Assembly (NCBI GenBank): GCA_963676565.1
Contig: OY781089.1
Location: forward strand, 1,440,001 to 1,504,000
Length of the DNA stretch: 64,000 bases
Reading direction: 5' to 3'
Source of the DNA: Halarcobacter sp.
GTDB lineage: Bacteria; Campylobacterota; Campylobacteria; Campylobacterales; Arcobacteraceae
Made by a program: the position numbers and the translations under genes. Below, in pieces: positions 1 through 9,576 of this stretch; positions within the stretch are counted from its first letter, which is position 1; every line of letters starts with the position of its first letter. The notes below the pieces were generated by a model that was given only the letters and a program-made list of their open reading frames with translations, made no database searches and was not told the origin of the DNA.

Positions 1-107
<107 letters not shown>

Positions 108-554
108 CTAACCTTCAATATTTGGTGGCCATTCATTATCATCAATCTTTGATGTCCAAATTAGAAAATCTGAAAGATTGTCTACTTCTTCTGTTGACAG
201 GTTAAACTGTGGCATTTTTCTTCTATTTGGGGCATGTAATGGTTGTGCTGCCATCCATCCTTGCATATAACTTTTAAATGTTGCTTCATCAGAATTTCCT
301 CTTCTGTTAAATACATTTGCTAATTCAGGTGCATAATAAGCTCCTTCACCCATTAAGGTATGACAACCTACACAGTTATTAACTTCCCATAAGTTTTTAC
401 CCATGGCAACAGATTCTGTTATATTTTGGGCATTTGATCTTTTTGGAACTTGTTTTACAGTGTCCATTGTTAATCCTGCAAAAACTAAAATAGCAAAAAG
501 ACCTCCACCAAAGTATATGTTTCGTGCCATACTTTTGGTAATTCTTTCTTCCAT
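108..554 (-). CDS. norC: Nitric oxide reductase cytochrome c subunit NorC
   Basis: N-terminal TM (ARNIYFGG), CVGCH, EGAYYAPEL, RRKMPQFNL, C-terminal WPPNIEG. Confidence 0.96.
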   Translation of the reverse strand: MEERITKSMARNIYFGGGLFAILVFAGLTMDTVKQVPKRSNAQNITESVAMGKNLWEVNNCVGCHTLMGEGAYYAPELANVFNRRGNSDEATFKSYMQGWMAAQPLHAPNRRKMPQFNLSTEEVDNLSDFLIWTSKIDDNEWPPNIEG

Positions 555-641
555 ACATTTCTCCTTTTATATTTCTACTTTGAAGTAGTATTTTGGAATC
601 ATAACTTATGTTTTATTAATTCTACCTTTAGATAGAATACA

Positions 642-884
642 TTAAATCAAAAAAGCCATTCCTATTAAAATAATTACTATAGACAACCATAACGAAACAA
701 TCAATCTATATTTTAACTTCACATCTTTCAAACCCATGAAAAAGTCAATTATTAACTGTCCTTTTACAAATGTAGTTAAAAGAATTAACGCAATAAAAAA
801 ATAAGGTGAAAGCTCAACTTTTCCCAATATAAAAGTAAGTGTTGTTAAAAAAATAAGAAATATCCATATTGTTTTTAATTTCAT
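642..884 (-). CDS. Cytochrome c oxidase subunit IV-like membrane protein (NorF-like)
   Basis: 80 aa, 3 TM, KGQLIIDFFMGLK motif; follows norE. Confidence 0.75.
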   Translation of the reverse strand: MKLKTIWIFLIFLTTLTFILGKVELSPYFFIALILLTTFVKGQLIIDFFMGLKDVKLKYRLIVSLWLSIVIILIGMAFLI

Positions 885-887
885 AAT

Positions 888-1469
888 TTACCTCATAATA
901 TAAATTAGTGGAAATAAAATTATCCAAACCAAATCAACCATATGCCAGTATGAAGCACCTGTCTCTAACCCCTTATGATTTGTTTTCGTATAAATGCCTA
1001 ATTTAGTATTTTTATACATAACTAAAAGAATAAAAACTCCTAAAACAACATGCAAAAAATGAAAAGAGGTCATGATAAAATAGAACATAAAAAATTTGTT
1101 AGTGCCTAGATTTATACCTTCGCTAAACTTTTGATAAAACTCAATACACTTTAATATCAAAAATAATGAACCTAAAGAAATTGAAACTAAAAGATAATCT
1201 GAAGCTTTAGAAGTTTTTTCTAAATTCTCATCTAATTTAATCAGCTCAATTGCTTTAACAACAAAAAAACTGCTAGTTATGAGTGCCAGTGTATTTACAA
1301 AACCAAACCCTTTATTTAATAGTTGTTGTGAATTATTAAAAAGGTCTATATCTAATCGTCTAGTAAATGCATAGCCAATAAAAAAGGCTCCAAAAGTAAG
1401 TAATTCTATGTGTATTACTAACCAAATTCCAAAATCTCCTGGAGGATAGTTATTCTTTGAACTCTCCAA
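888..1469 (-). CDS. norE: Cytochrome c oxidase subunit III-like protein NorE
   Basis: PPGDFGIW, NTLALITSS, FHFLHV, YWHMVDLVWIILFPLIY; TTG start; next to norCB. Confidence 0.88.
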   Translation of the reverse strand: MESSKNNYPPGDFGIWLVIHIELLTFGAFFIGYAFTRRLDIDLFNNSQQLLNKGFGFVNTLALITSSFFVVKAIELIKLDENLEKTSKASDYLLVSISLGSLFLILKCIEFYQKFSEGINLGTNKFFMFYFIMTSFHFLHVVLGVFILLVMYKNTKLGIYTKTNHKGLETGASYWHMVDLVWIILFPLIYIMR

Positions 1470-1533
1470 ATATTCCCCTTTTTATAAAATTATACTTATA
1501 AGTAGAATTATATTTAAAAATTTGTTTATTTTA

Positions 1534-1547
1534 TTGACTTATGTCAA
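1534..1547. promoter_or_regulatory. Crp/Fnr-family (Nss/Dnr-type) box serving divergent promoters
   Basis: TTGAC-TTAT-GTCAA palindrome. -10 TATAGT (+, 1570-1575) and TATAAT (-, 1512-1507) both begin about 29 bp from the box centre. Confidence 0.8.
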
Positions 1548-1598
1548 TGAGAAACATTATCAGTATTGCTATAGTTACAAAAAACAAAAGGAATTATC

Positions 1599-1922
1599 AT
1601 GGAAAAAATAGAAGTTTTAGGTGCTACAGTTGATTTTTTCAAAGAGATTAAAGATGGTTTAACTACTTATCAATTTGACACAAGTATGTGTGGGCCACCA
1701 GATCCAATGGTAAATGCTATGGCTGGTTTACAATTATTGGATGAAAATTCTCAATTAGTTATGATAAATCATAAATCACCAGGGGGATTATTCCCAAAAG
1801 TTGAAGAAGATTTTAATTTTTCAGAAGAAGATACAGATGATGGGAAAATAAAGATCATTTTTACAAAAAAAGTAAATGCTTTAAATTCAACAGATTTTAC
1901 ACAAAATAGTTGTCACGGATAA
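1599..1922 (+). CDS. DUF2249/TusA-like protein
   Basis: FDTSMCGPPDPM...INHKSPGGLFP resembles the DUF2249 (SirA/TusA-like) signature. Confidence 0.65.
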   Translation: MEKIEVLGATVDFFKEIKDGLTTYQFDTSMCGPPDPMVNAMAGLQLLDENSQLVMINHKSPGGLFPKVEEDFNFSEEDTDDGKIKIIFTKKVNALNSTDFTQNSCHG

Positions 1923-1925
1923 AAA

Positions 1926-3158
1926 ATGAATATCTCTCAGCAGTTTGCTCCACCATTTAAACTTATATCTCCATATTTTATTATTGGGATATTTGTTTTA
2001 ACATTTAGTACATTTTTATTATTTGGAATGGATATATCAACTGCACATAGTTTAAATAGTAGTATTCTAGCTTGGGTACATATTTTTTTACTTGGTTTTG
2101 TGATGATGATAATCTTTGGGGCTATGGCACAATTAGTGCCAGTTGTACTTGAAGTAGGACATTTTGCTGTTGATTTGTATTATATAATATATCCTTTATT
2201 ATTTATTGGGACAGTTTTAATGGGAATAGGTTTTTACTATTTCCCTACACTTTTACCTTTTGGTGGAGTAATAGCATTTGTAGCTTTTTCAATATTTTTA
2301 TTTGAGACTTTTTTGACAATTTTGAAAGTGAAAAAATTAAATTTTATAATTACTACAGTTTTAATTGCAAATATATTTTTACTTTTTGGTTTGATTATTG
2401 GAATTGTTCTAGCTTTAGGTTATAGTGGAGTTTTAGATGTAGAAATCTATAAGTTTCTTAAAGCACATGTTTTTTTGGTACTAGTTGGTTATGTAGGCAT
2501 AACTATTATGGGAATGTCGTTAGTTTTATTACCTATGTTTTGGCTAAGTCATAGTTTTTCTTGGATTTATGTAAAAAGTGCATTAACAATTTTATGTTTT
2601 GGAGTTCTACTTATTGTTTTGTCTTCATTTATAAATATAAAATTTATAGAATATTCAGGATATATTTTAAGTTTTATTGCCTTGATTTTATATTTTTTCC
2701 AAATATTCATAATTTATAAAACTAGAGTCAGATTAGAAGTTGATATTTATTTTAAAAGTATGGTTTTTTCATATTTTTGTCTATTGATTTCAATTATTAT
2801 AGGAATAATTTATATTTTTAATCCTTATCACAATTTATTATTAACTTTATCATGGCTTGCTATTTTTGGTTTTATCACTTTTGTCATAACAGGACATATG
2901 TATAAAATAGTACCTTTTTTAGTGTGGTTTGAAAGATTTTCACCTTTTGTTGGAAAGAAAAAAGTACCTATGCTTTCAGATATGATTCCAGTAAAAAGCT
3001 CAAATATGCAATTTTTCTTTTCAACATTGGGCGTTATGCTTTCTGCAATTGGTATATTATTTGGTGTGGATTCAATCTTTAAAAGTGGAATTAGTTTATT
3101 AAGTATTGGTGCAATTTTTTTGTTAAAAGATATTTTATATATGATAAGGTTTAAATAA
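1926..3158 (+). CDS. Polytopic membrane protein with repeated His motifs (heme-copper oxidase subunit I-like / NnrS-like)
   Basis: About 12 TM; HIFLLG...GAMAQLVPV, HVFLVLVG...LLPMF, GHMYKIVPFLVW; lies between DUF2249 and DUF59 genes. Confidence 0.6.
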   Translation: MNISQQFAPPFKLISPYFIIGIFVLTFSTFLLFGMDISTAHSLNSSILAWVHIFLLGFVMMIIFGAMAQLVPVVLEVGHFAVDLYYIIYPLLFIGTVLMGIGFYYFPTLLPFGGVIAFVAFSIFLFETFLTILKVKKLNFIITTVLIANIFLLFGLIIGIVLALGYSGVLDVEIYKFLKAHVFLVLVGYVGITIMGMSLVLLPMFWLSHSFSWIYVKSALTILCFGVLLIVLSSFINIKFIEYSGYILSFIALILYFFQIFIIYKTRVRLEVDIYFKSMVFSYFCLLISIIIGIIYIFNPYHNLLLTLSWLAIFGFITFVITGHMYKIVPFLVWFERFSPFVGKKKVPMLSDMIPVKSSNMQFFFSTLGVMLSAIGILFGVDSIFKSGISLLSIGAIFLLKDILYMIRFK

Positions 3159-3467
3159 ATGTATAGTAAAGAAGAGATTTTTAAAGCAGTATCAACTGTA
3201 AATGATCCAGAAGTTGGTTTTAATCTTGTAGAAATGGGACTTATTTATGATGTTTTTTGTGATAAAAACATGAAAGTAACTGTTACAATGACACTTAGTA
3301 CAAAAGCTTGTCCTCTTCATCAAATGATTATACAATGGGTTGAAGAGGCGGTTTTAAGAGAATTACCAAAGGTTCAAATCGCAAGTGTAGATTTAGTTTG
3401 GGAACCAGCTTGGAATATCAGTATGGCATCAGATGAAGTTAAAGCAAAACTTGCAGGTTCCCTTTGA
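3159..3467 (+). CDS. DUF59/SufT-like metal-sulfur cluster assembly factor
   Basis: DPEVGFNLVEMGLIY, TLSTKACP, VWEPAW. Confidence 0.9.
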   Translation: MYSKEEIFKAVSTVNDPEVGFNLVEMGLIYDVFCDKNMKVTVTMTLSTKACPLHQMIIQWVEEAVLRELPKVQIASVDLVWEPAWNISMASDEVKAKLAGSL

Positions 3468-4054
3468 AAACATTTTTTAAACAATTTAAAAAAATAAATA
3501 CAGAGCCTCTTGAAAGATCAAATATAATTTGGTCCTGGATAGGTTCTTTTGTAGGAATATTAAGTATAGCTTTATTTCATAGAGGAGTTTTAGGAGATGA
3601 AGATTTAGGTTTAGTTATTGGTTCTTTTGGTGCAAGTGCTGTTTTAGTGTATGGAGCAATACACTCACCTCTTGCACAACCTAGAAATCTTATAGGAGGA
3701 CATATTTTATCTGCTATAGTAGGAGTTATCTCTTATAAACTTTTTTTTGATAATCTCTTATTGTGCTCTGCATTTGCAGTAGCAACTTCCATTCTAGTTA
3801 TGCAGCTTACTTTAACTTTACATCCTCCAGGAGGAGCAACGGCATTAATAGCAGTTTTAGGAAGTGAAAATATACATGAACTGGGTTTTCTTTATGTTTT
3901 ATATCCTGTTGCAACAGGTGCTTTTATCCTATTTATTATTGCACTTTTAGTTAATAATATTTCTAAACATAGACACTATCCAGATGGAGTAAAATTTAAT
4001 AAATTTATAATAAACCCAAAAAAAGGTTCTAAAAAAAATGAAGACATGTTTTAA
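3464..4054 (+). CDS. HPP family membrane protein (possible nitrite transporter)
   Basis: SFGASAVL, SPLAQPRN, HPPGGA. Confidence 0.92.
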   Translation: MKTFFKQFKKINTEPLERSNIIWSWIGSFVGILSIALFHRGVLGDEDLGLVIGSFGASAVLVYGAIHSPLAQPRNLIGGHILSAIVGVISYKLFFDNLLLCSAFAVATSILVMQLTLTLHPPGGATALIAVLGSENIHELGFLYVLYPVATGAFILFIIALLVNNISKHRHYPDGVKFNKFIINPKKGSKKNEDMF

Positions 4055-4096
4055 AGTATTAATGCAAATTATTGATAAATCTAGAAAGGAAATTTT

Positions 4097-4516
4097 TTGA
4101 CATATTTAATTATAAAAATTCTTCATATTTTTTCAGTATTAATTTATGGGGGTTTCTTATTTACAGACAATCTTATTTTAATGCGTATGCAAAAAACATT
4201 ATCAAAAGAAAAGTATGATGAAGTTAGATCTTATTTTAAAGAATTTACAAGAGTTTTAGTCCCTAAAGCTCTAGTTGTTGCAGTGATTAGTGGTATTCTT
4301 TTATTCCAGAATAGTTTTGGAAGTGTAGGGGAAAATGGGTTTTCAAATTTTCAAATACTATTGTCAATCAAAGGTATTTTAGGCCTTTGGTTAGGTGCTA
4401 GAGGTATTCTCCAGGTTTTTTTTGGAATACAGCCTTTTGTTTTTAAAAGTCATATATTACCATTTATGTTAGTGATAATTATTGTATTTTTATCACAATT
4501 TATGTTTTACATTTAA
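4097..4516 (+). CDS. Four-TM membrane protein, CopD/DUF2269-like
   Basis: KILH in TM1, 4 hydrophobic segments, H near C-terminus; TTG start with AAGGA RBS. Confidence 0.5.
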   Translation: MTYLIIKILHIFSVLIYGGFLFTDNLILMRMQKTLSKEKYDEVRSYFKEFTRVLVPKALVVAVISGILLFQNSFGSVGENGFSNFQILLSIKGILGLWLGARGILQVFFGIQPFVFKSHILPFMLVIIIVFLSQFMFYI

Positions 4517-4524
4517 GGAAAAAT

Positions 4525-5697
4525 ATGCACTTCTCAACAAATCAAAATGGTTTTACACCAAAAATAGAAGAGATATGGTGGGATAGATTTACTTCCCAAT
4601 CTCATCAATTATATTTTACAAGTTCAATATTTTTTGCAATAGTAGTAATGATATTAACTTTTGTATCCTTTCTTGGAAAATTACATCTTGATTTTTCTTT
4701 GATTCATGGGTTTGGATTAAATTATGCAGTTTTTACTAATGCATTTTTAGGTTTTTTAATTACTGTTATACCTAAATTTAATGGGGCAAAAGTTATATCA
4801 AAAGAAAAATATTTAAAACCTTGGTTTATTTTTCAAGGGGGTATAGTTTTATCTTTTTTGGGTGCAAGTTTTTTAGGAAAACTTTTAGTTTCTTTTATAA
4901 TGTTATATTTTGTTAAAGTTTTTTATGAAACTATAAAAGAGGGCAAAGCTTCTTACAAGAAAGATAGCATATTTTTAAATTTAGTATTTTTATTTGGAGC
5001 AATATTTTTGCTCATGGAAGTACTTTTTCAAACAAATTTATCTTTATTAATATTTTTTGGATATTTAATAAGTTTAGTATTTTTAGTTGCCCAAAGAATG
5101 ATTCCTGCTTTTTATAGTTCGTATATGAAAGTTATGGCGTGGGAAAAGCCTAAATATATAAGAGAAATTTCTGTTATGCTATTTTTAGGTTTAGGTATTG
5201 CTTTAGAGTTTGAATTATTATTACTATTAAAATTAATATCTTTTGTTGCTATGTTATTTTTTGGATATATAGTGATGAATCTAAATATTTATAAAAAAAC
5301 ACCTGCTATTATCTCTATTTTAGTGGTATCATTTATTTGGCTTGAAGTAGGCTTTATAGCTTTATTTTTAGAGTCTATTTACGAAGTATATTCATTAAAG
5401 TTAGCACTTCATATTTTTGCTTTAGGATTTGTGGCTACTTTATTAATAGGTTTTGGAAGTAGGGTTGTTATGGGTCATGCAGTTCCTGCTCAACAAATTG
5501 TTGCAGATAAAATCACAAAATTTATATTTGTATTAACTCAAGTTTTAGTTGTATCAAGAATTTGTGCTTCAATTTTGTTTTTAAATGATTCAACTGTTTA
5601 TATGGGAATTTTACATTTAAGTTCTTGGCTTTGGATAGTTATGATTATTATATGGACGATTCGTTATGCTAAGACTTTAATAAGAATAAAGTCTTGA
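4525..5697 (+). CDS. nnrS: NnrS family protein (NO stress)
   Basis: HGFG...FLGFLITVIP, RMIPAF, ALHIFALG, SRVVMGH. Confidence 0.85.
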   Translation: MHFSTNQNGFTPKIEEIWWDRFTSQSHQLYFTSSIFFAIVVMILTFVSFLGKLHLDFSLIHGFGLNYAVFTNAFLGFLITVIPKFNGAKVISKEKYLKPWFIFQGGIVLSFLGASFLGKLLVSFIMLYFVKVFYETIKEGKASYKKDSIFLNLVFLFGAIFLLMEVLFQTNLSLLIFFGYLISLVFLVAQRMIPAFYSSYMKVMAWEKPKYIREISVMLFLGLGIALEFELLLLLKLISFVAMLFFGYIVMNLNIYKKTPAIISILVVSFIWLEVGFIALFLESIYEVYSLKLALHIFALGFVATLLIGFGSRVVMGHAVPAQQIVADKITKFIFVLTQVLVVSRICASILFLNDSTVYMGILHLSSWLWIVMIIIWTIRYAKTLIRIKS

Positions 5698-5708
5698 TAG
5701 GATGAAAA

Positions 5709-6053
5709 ATGACAATAGAAAAGTTTCAAACAGAAGTAGCGACTTTAAAAAAGTTCTTTACTAAATTTTGTAAAGAAAAACATGAAAATCAGTATTCTAA
5801 AACTTATGATTTAGAATACAAAGAAAGTAATATAAATGTTGAATTAAATTTATGTGAAGAATGCCATAGTTTAATCTCTTATTCTTTTGACAGATTAAAA
5901 GGATGTCCCCATGAGATTAAACCTAGATGTCGTCAATGTCCTAATCCATGTTATGAAAAACAAGAATGGAAATCTTTAGCAAAAATTATGAGATATAGTG
6001 GAATTAGACTTGGATTAAGTAAAATTAAAAATAAATTAAAAAGAAAAAAATAG
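5709..6053 (+). CDS. YgbA family ('nitrous oxide-stimulated promoter') Cys-rich protein
   Basis: FCKEKH, LCEEC, RLKGCPHEIKPRCRQCPNPCY, IMRYSG. Confidence 0.88.
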   Translation: MTIEKFQTEVATLKKFFTKFCKEKHENQYSKTYDLEYKESNINVELNLCEECHSLISYSFDRLKGCPHEIKPRCRQCPNPCYEKQEWKSLAKIMRYSGIRLGLSKIKNKLKRKK

Positions 6054-6057
6054 TTTT

Positions 6058-6071
6058 TTGACCTAAGTCTA
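6058..6071 (+). promoter_or_regulatory. Imperfect Nss/Dnr-type box upstream of cytochrome c553
   Basis: TTGAC-CTAA-GTCTA; TATACT at 6094-6099, the same 29.5-bp spacing as the other boxes. Confidence 0.6.
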
Positions 6072-6129
6072 TTTTTCTTTTACAATTATGATATATACTT
6101 TTCATTACAATTTAAACAAAGGGGGGAAA

Positions 6130-6405
6130 ATGAAAAAAGTTTTACTTTTAACTTCAGTATTAGCATGTGTTGCTTTTGCAAATCCTTATGCAAAGTGTGT
6201 TGCATGTCATGGAGCAAATGGTGAAAAGGTTGCTTTAGGAAAATCGAAAATTATTAAAGATATGACTAAGCAAGAGATTGTAGATTCCTTAAAAGGCTAT
6301 AAAGATGGATCTTATGGTGGAGCTATGAAAGCTCTTATGAAAGGACAAGTTGCCTCTTTATCAGATGGTGATATTCAATCAATTGCTGAAAAAATTGGTA
6401 AATAA
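6130..6405 (+). CDS. Periplasmic monoheme cytochrome c553
   Basis: Start moved to ATG 6130 (G-rich RBS); Sec signal, CVACHG, YGGAMKALMKGQ. Confidence 0.93.
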   Translation: MKKVLLLTSVLACVAFANPYAKCVACHGANGEKVALGKSKIIKDMTKQEIVDSLKGYKDGSYGGAMKALMKGQVASLSDGDIQSIAEKIGK

Positions 6406-6481
6406 ATTAAGTAGTAAGAGCTAATAGGTGGTCTTTTAGATCTAACAAATTTAAAATTAAAATAATTAAAATTAAATCACT

Positions 6482-6506
6482 AAGCCTCTTCTATAGAGGC
6501 TTTTTT
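6482..6506. terminator. Intrinsic terminator between convergent c553 and RND genes
   Basis: AAGCCTCT-TCTAT-AGAGGCTT followed by a T-run. Confidence 0.75.
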
Positions 6507-9500
6507 ACTTTTTAACTATCCAAACAAAAAGTAATGGAATAAAAAGCAGTGTTAAAAATGTACCTACAATTAGTCCTCCTATAACAACAGCGCCTAGTGG
6601 AGCTAATCTTTCCATCCCTATTGCCCAACCAAAGGCAACTGGTATCATTCCAACACTTACACTAATTGCAGTCATTAAAACAGGTCTTGTTCTTACTTTT
6701 ATACTTTCTATCATTGCTTCTTTCGAGCAAGTTCCAATTTTAAGTTTTTGGGATGCAAAGTGAATTAGTAAAATTGCATTATTTACAATAACTCCTGCAA
6801 GAAGTATAAAGCCAACCATAGCACTCATTGAACTATGATAATCTAAAAGTAATAAAATCCATGAAGCTCCAGCAATAGTTAATGGAATTGAAAAAATTAT
6901 TACTAGTGGAATTTTTAGTGATTCAAACATTGGAACCATTACTAAGAAAATTAAAACTAAGCCGATTGCAACACTTTTTATAATACGTTTAGAAGAATCT
7001 TCAAACTGTTCAATATCTCCTGTGTGCTTCATTTTTATATCATTTGGCAAAATGATATTTTGTGAAGCTTTTTCAAAATTATCCATAAGTTTTGAGATAC
7101 TTTGATTTTGTCTAAACCCAAATATATCAATAGTATAATAAAGGTTTTCCCTTGTAATAATATTTGGTTGTTTTACTGTTTCAATCTTAGCAATAGCACT
7201 TAAAGGAATACTCATTTTTGGCGTATGTATTAACATGTTTTCTATTTTTTTAGGAGTATTTATTTGTGAATTTTCTACTAAAATACGTATGGGAAGAGGA
7301 GTTTCATTCTTTCTTTTATATGAAGAGATAATTCCACCTCTTAAAATTGATTGTAAAGAGTTTACTAAATACTCATTTGAAATACCATATTCTAAAGCTT
7401 TTTGCGTATCTATATTTAGTTTGTAAATTTTAGAATCCATATGCCAACTTTTTGAGGCAGTTACTATTCCCCTTGTGTTTTTCATAGCCTCTTCATACTT
7501 TAAGGCTTTTTCATAAAGTTTTTTAAAATCTTCACCATATAGTGTTACATCAATATTCGCTTTTATACTAGCCATTGCAGTTGCTCCTGCATCACTTATC
7601 TCTAAAGTTTTAATCCCCTTTATTTTTGAAATCTCTTTTTTTAATTTTTCTTCAATTTCCCAAATTGTTTCGTCTCTTTCAAATCTATTTATATAATTTA
7701 CAGTAATTAAAATATCATTTATTCCTCCACCACTTCCTAGTGTTAAAACACCTGCTTCTGAACCAATTGAAGCTGAGATAGTGTCAACTTGAGCAGTTTC
7801 ATAAGATATCTTTTCAATTTTTTGCAGAATATTTTTTGTCTCTTTTATAGAGATATTTGGAGTTGTAGCAACTTTTATTTTAACAGCTCCTGTATCCATA
7901 GCAGGCATAAGCTCTTGACCAACTAAAGGCATAACAACTTTCGCACTAACTACAAATAAAGCTAATAAAGCAAAAATATAAGAAAAAAGTACAAGCTTAC
8001 TTTTTAAAGCATTTTTAAATGCTTCAATAAAAAAGGCTACAAAAATCCTATTTATAAAATCACTTATTTTTTTAAACTGTTTTTCTATATAAATTATCCA
8101 TTTAAAGTCTAATGCTAAAACTTTTTTTGAGATAAGAGGAACAAAAGTAATTGATACAAAATATGAAGCAGTTAATGCTAAAAGAAGTGTAGTAATTAAT
8201 GGACCAAAAATAGTTTGAGGATAATCCCCTACAAATAAAATAGGGAAAAGTGCAATCATAGTTGTTAGTGTTCCTGAAAAGTCTGCAAACATAATCTCAC
8301 TTGTACCATTTTGCACAGCTTCTTCCATATCCTCATGGAACTGTTCATAATGTCTTTGAATATTTTCAACAACTACAACAGTATCATCAAGTAATAAACC
8401 AAGAGCTAAAATAACACCTGTAAGGGTGATAATATTAAACTCTAATCCAAAAAGCCACATTAAAGCAATTGTAGAAAGATATACAATGGGAATTGTAAAA
8501 AGTACAATAAAAATTTGTCGAATAGAAGCTAAAAACAAAAATACAACAAGGGTTGACATTATGATTGCATCCCTTAAAGATTCAATCATATTTTCATTAC
8601 TTTGAACAATTGTAGTTTTTTGAGTATCTGTTATTTCAAAATTTAAATATGGATATTGTTCTTTTAAAACTTTTAATTTATTTTCAACAGTCTCAATAGT
8701 TTTTACAACATCAGTATTTAGATTTCTTTGAATTGCTAAAGCAATAGAATCTTTGCCATTTCCTCTATATATTGCACTATTGCTAAAATGGTTGAAATCA
8801 ATTTTTGCAATATCTTTAAGTCTTATATTTGGAGCAATTAATAGATTTTCTAGTTCATTTATATATAGTTTTTTATTTGTACTTTTTAATAAAATTTTTG
8901 AGGAATTGCTTTCAATATTTCCAATTGAAAAATCTTTATTGTTTGAATCAATTATATTAATAACTTCATTTAAATTAAGATTTAAAGAGTTTAATTTGTT
9001 TATATCAAAAACAATTTGAATCTCTTTTTTATATCCACCAAAGATATCAACATTTGCAATTCCGTCAAGTTTTAGAAACTCCTCTTGTATATTTGTCTCT
9101 ATTAGTTCACGTAAATCAATAAGAGTAAGATTTTCTGAGCTTACTCCAAGAGTTATAATTGGAGCAGTTGCTGCAGTGATTTTATTGATTTGAGGTTCTT
9201 GAATATCTTTTGGAAGTTGTGAACGAACCTTATTTAAAGCATTTGATACATCATTTGCAGCATCATTAATATCTTTCTCATAGTTAAATTCAACTCTTAT
9301 CACACTTACTTCATCTATTGTTGAAGAGGAAACTCTTCTTACATAATCAATTGTATATAACTCTTTTTCAACAACTGTTGCAACATCTGTTGCCATATCT
9401 TGTGCACTTGCACTTGGTTTTACAATAACCACTGCGATTTCTGGTCTATTTGAGTTTGGAAACAGTTTTTTATCAAGCTTGAAATAAGCATTTATTCCCA

Positions 9501-9576
9501 AAAAAACAAAAAGTGCTAAGAAAGAGAAAATAAAAAATGGTCTATGCAAAATTGTTTTTACTAATTTATCAATCAT
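6505..9576 (-). CDS. RND efflux transporter permease (AcrB/AcrD/AcrF family)
   Basis: 1023 aa; GLLLDDTVVVVENI, GVIVNNAILL, RTRPVLMT. Confidence 0.95.
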   Translation of the reverse strand: MIDKLVKTILHRPFFIFSFLALFVFLGINAYFKLDKKLFPNSNRPEIAVVIVKPSASAQDMATDVATVVEKELYTIDYVRRVSSSTIDEVSVIRVEFNYEKDINDAANDVSNALNKVRSQLPKDIQEPQINKITAATAPIITLGVSSENLTLIDLRELIETNIQEEFLKLDGIANVDIFGGYKKEIQIVFDINKLNSLNLNLNEVINIIDSNNKDFSIGNIESNSSKILLKSTNKKLYINELENLLIAPNIRLKDIAKIDFNHFSNSAIYRGNGKDSIALAIQRNLNTDVVKTIETVENKLKVLKEQYPYLNFEITDTQKTTIVQSNENMIESLRDAIIMSTLVVFLFLASIRQIFIVLFTIPIVYLSTIALMWLFGLEFNIITLTGVILALGLLLDDTVVVVENIQRHYEQFHEDMEEAVQNGTSEIMFADFSGTLTTMIALFPILFVGDYPQTIFGPLITTLLLALTASYFVSITFVPLISKKVLALDFKWIIYIEKQFKKISDFINRIFVAFFIEAFKNALKSKLVLFSYIFALLALFVVSAKVVMPLVGQELMPAMDTGAVKIKVATTPNISIKETKNILQKIEKISYETAQVDTISASIGSEAGVLTLGSGGGINDILITVNYINRFERDETIWEIEEKLKKEISKIKGIKTLEISDAGATAMASIKANIDVTLYGEDFKKLYEKALKYEEAMKNTRGIVTASKSWHMDSKIYKLNIDTQKALEYGISNEYLVNSLQSILRGGIISSYKRKNETPLPIRILVENSQINTPKKIENMLIHTPKMSIPLSAIAKIETVKQPNIITRENLYYTIDIFGFRQNQSISKLMDNFEKASQNIILPNDIKMKHTGDIEQFEDSSKRIIKSVAIGLVLIFLVMVPMFESLKIPLVIIFSIPLTIAGASWILLLLDYHSSMSAMVGFILLAGVIVNNAILLIHFASQKLKIGTCSKEAMIESIKVRTRPVLMTAISVSVGMIPVAFGWAIGMERLAPLGAVVIGGLIVGTFLTLLFIPLLFVWIVKK

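Noticed and set aside
636..650. Nss box for norC inside the end of the norF-like gene (TTGATTTAATGTAT, minus strand)
   Set aside because: Right arm is poor and there is no -10 at the 28.5-29.5 bp spacing seen at the other sites.
6446..6478. AAATT-like short repeats after c553
   Set aside because: Low-complexity AT tract with no regular spacers; not a CRISPR array or iterons.
6505..9576. Calling the RND pump CusA/CzcA
   Set aside because: No diagnostic heavy-metal RND motifs recognised; left as generic RND.
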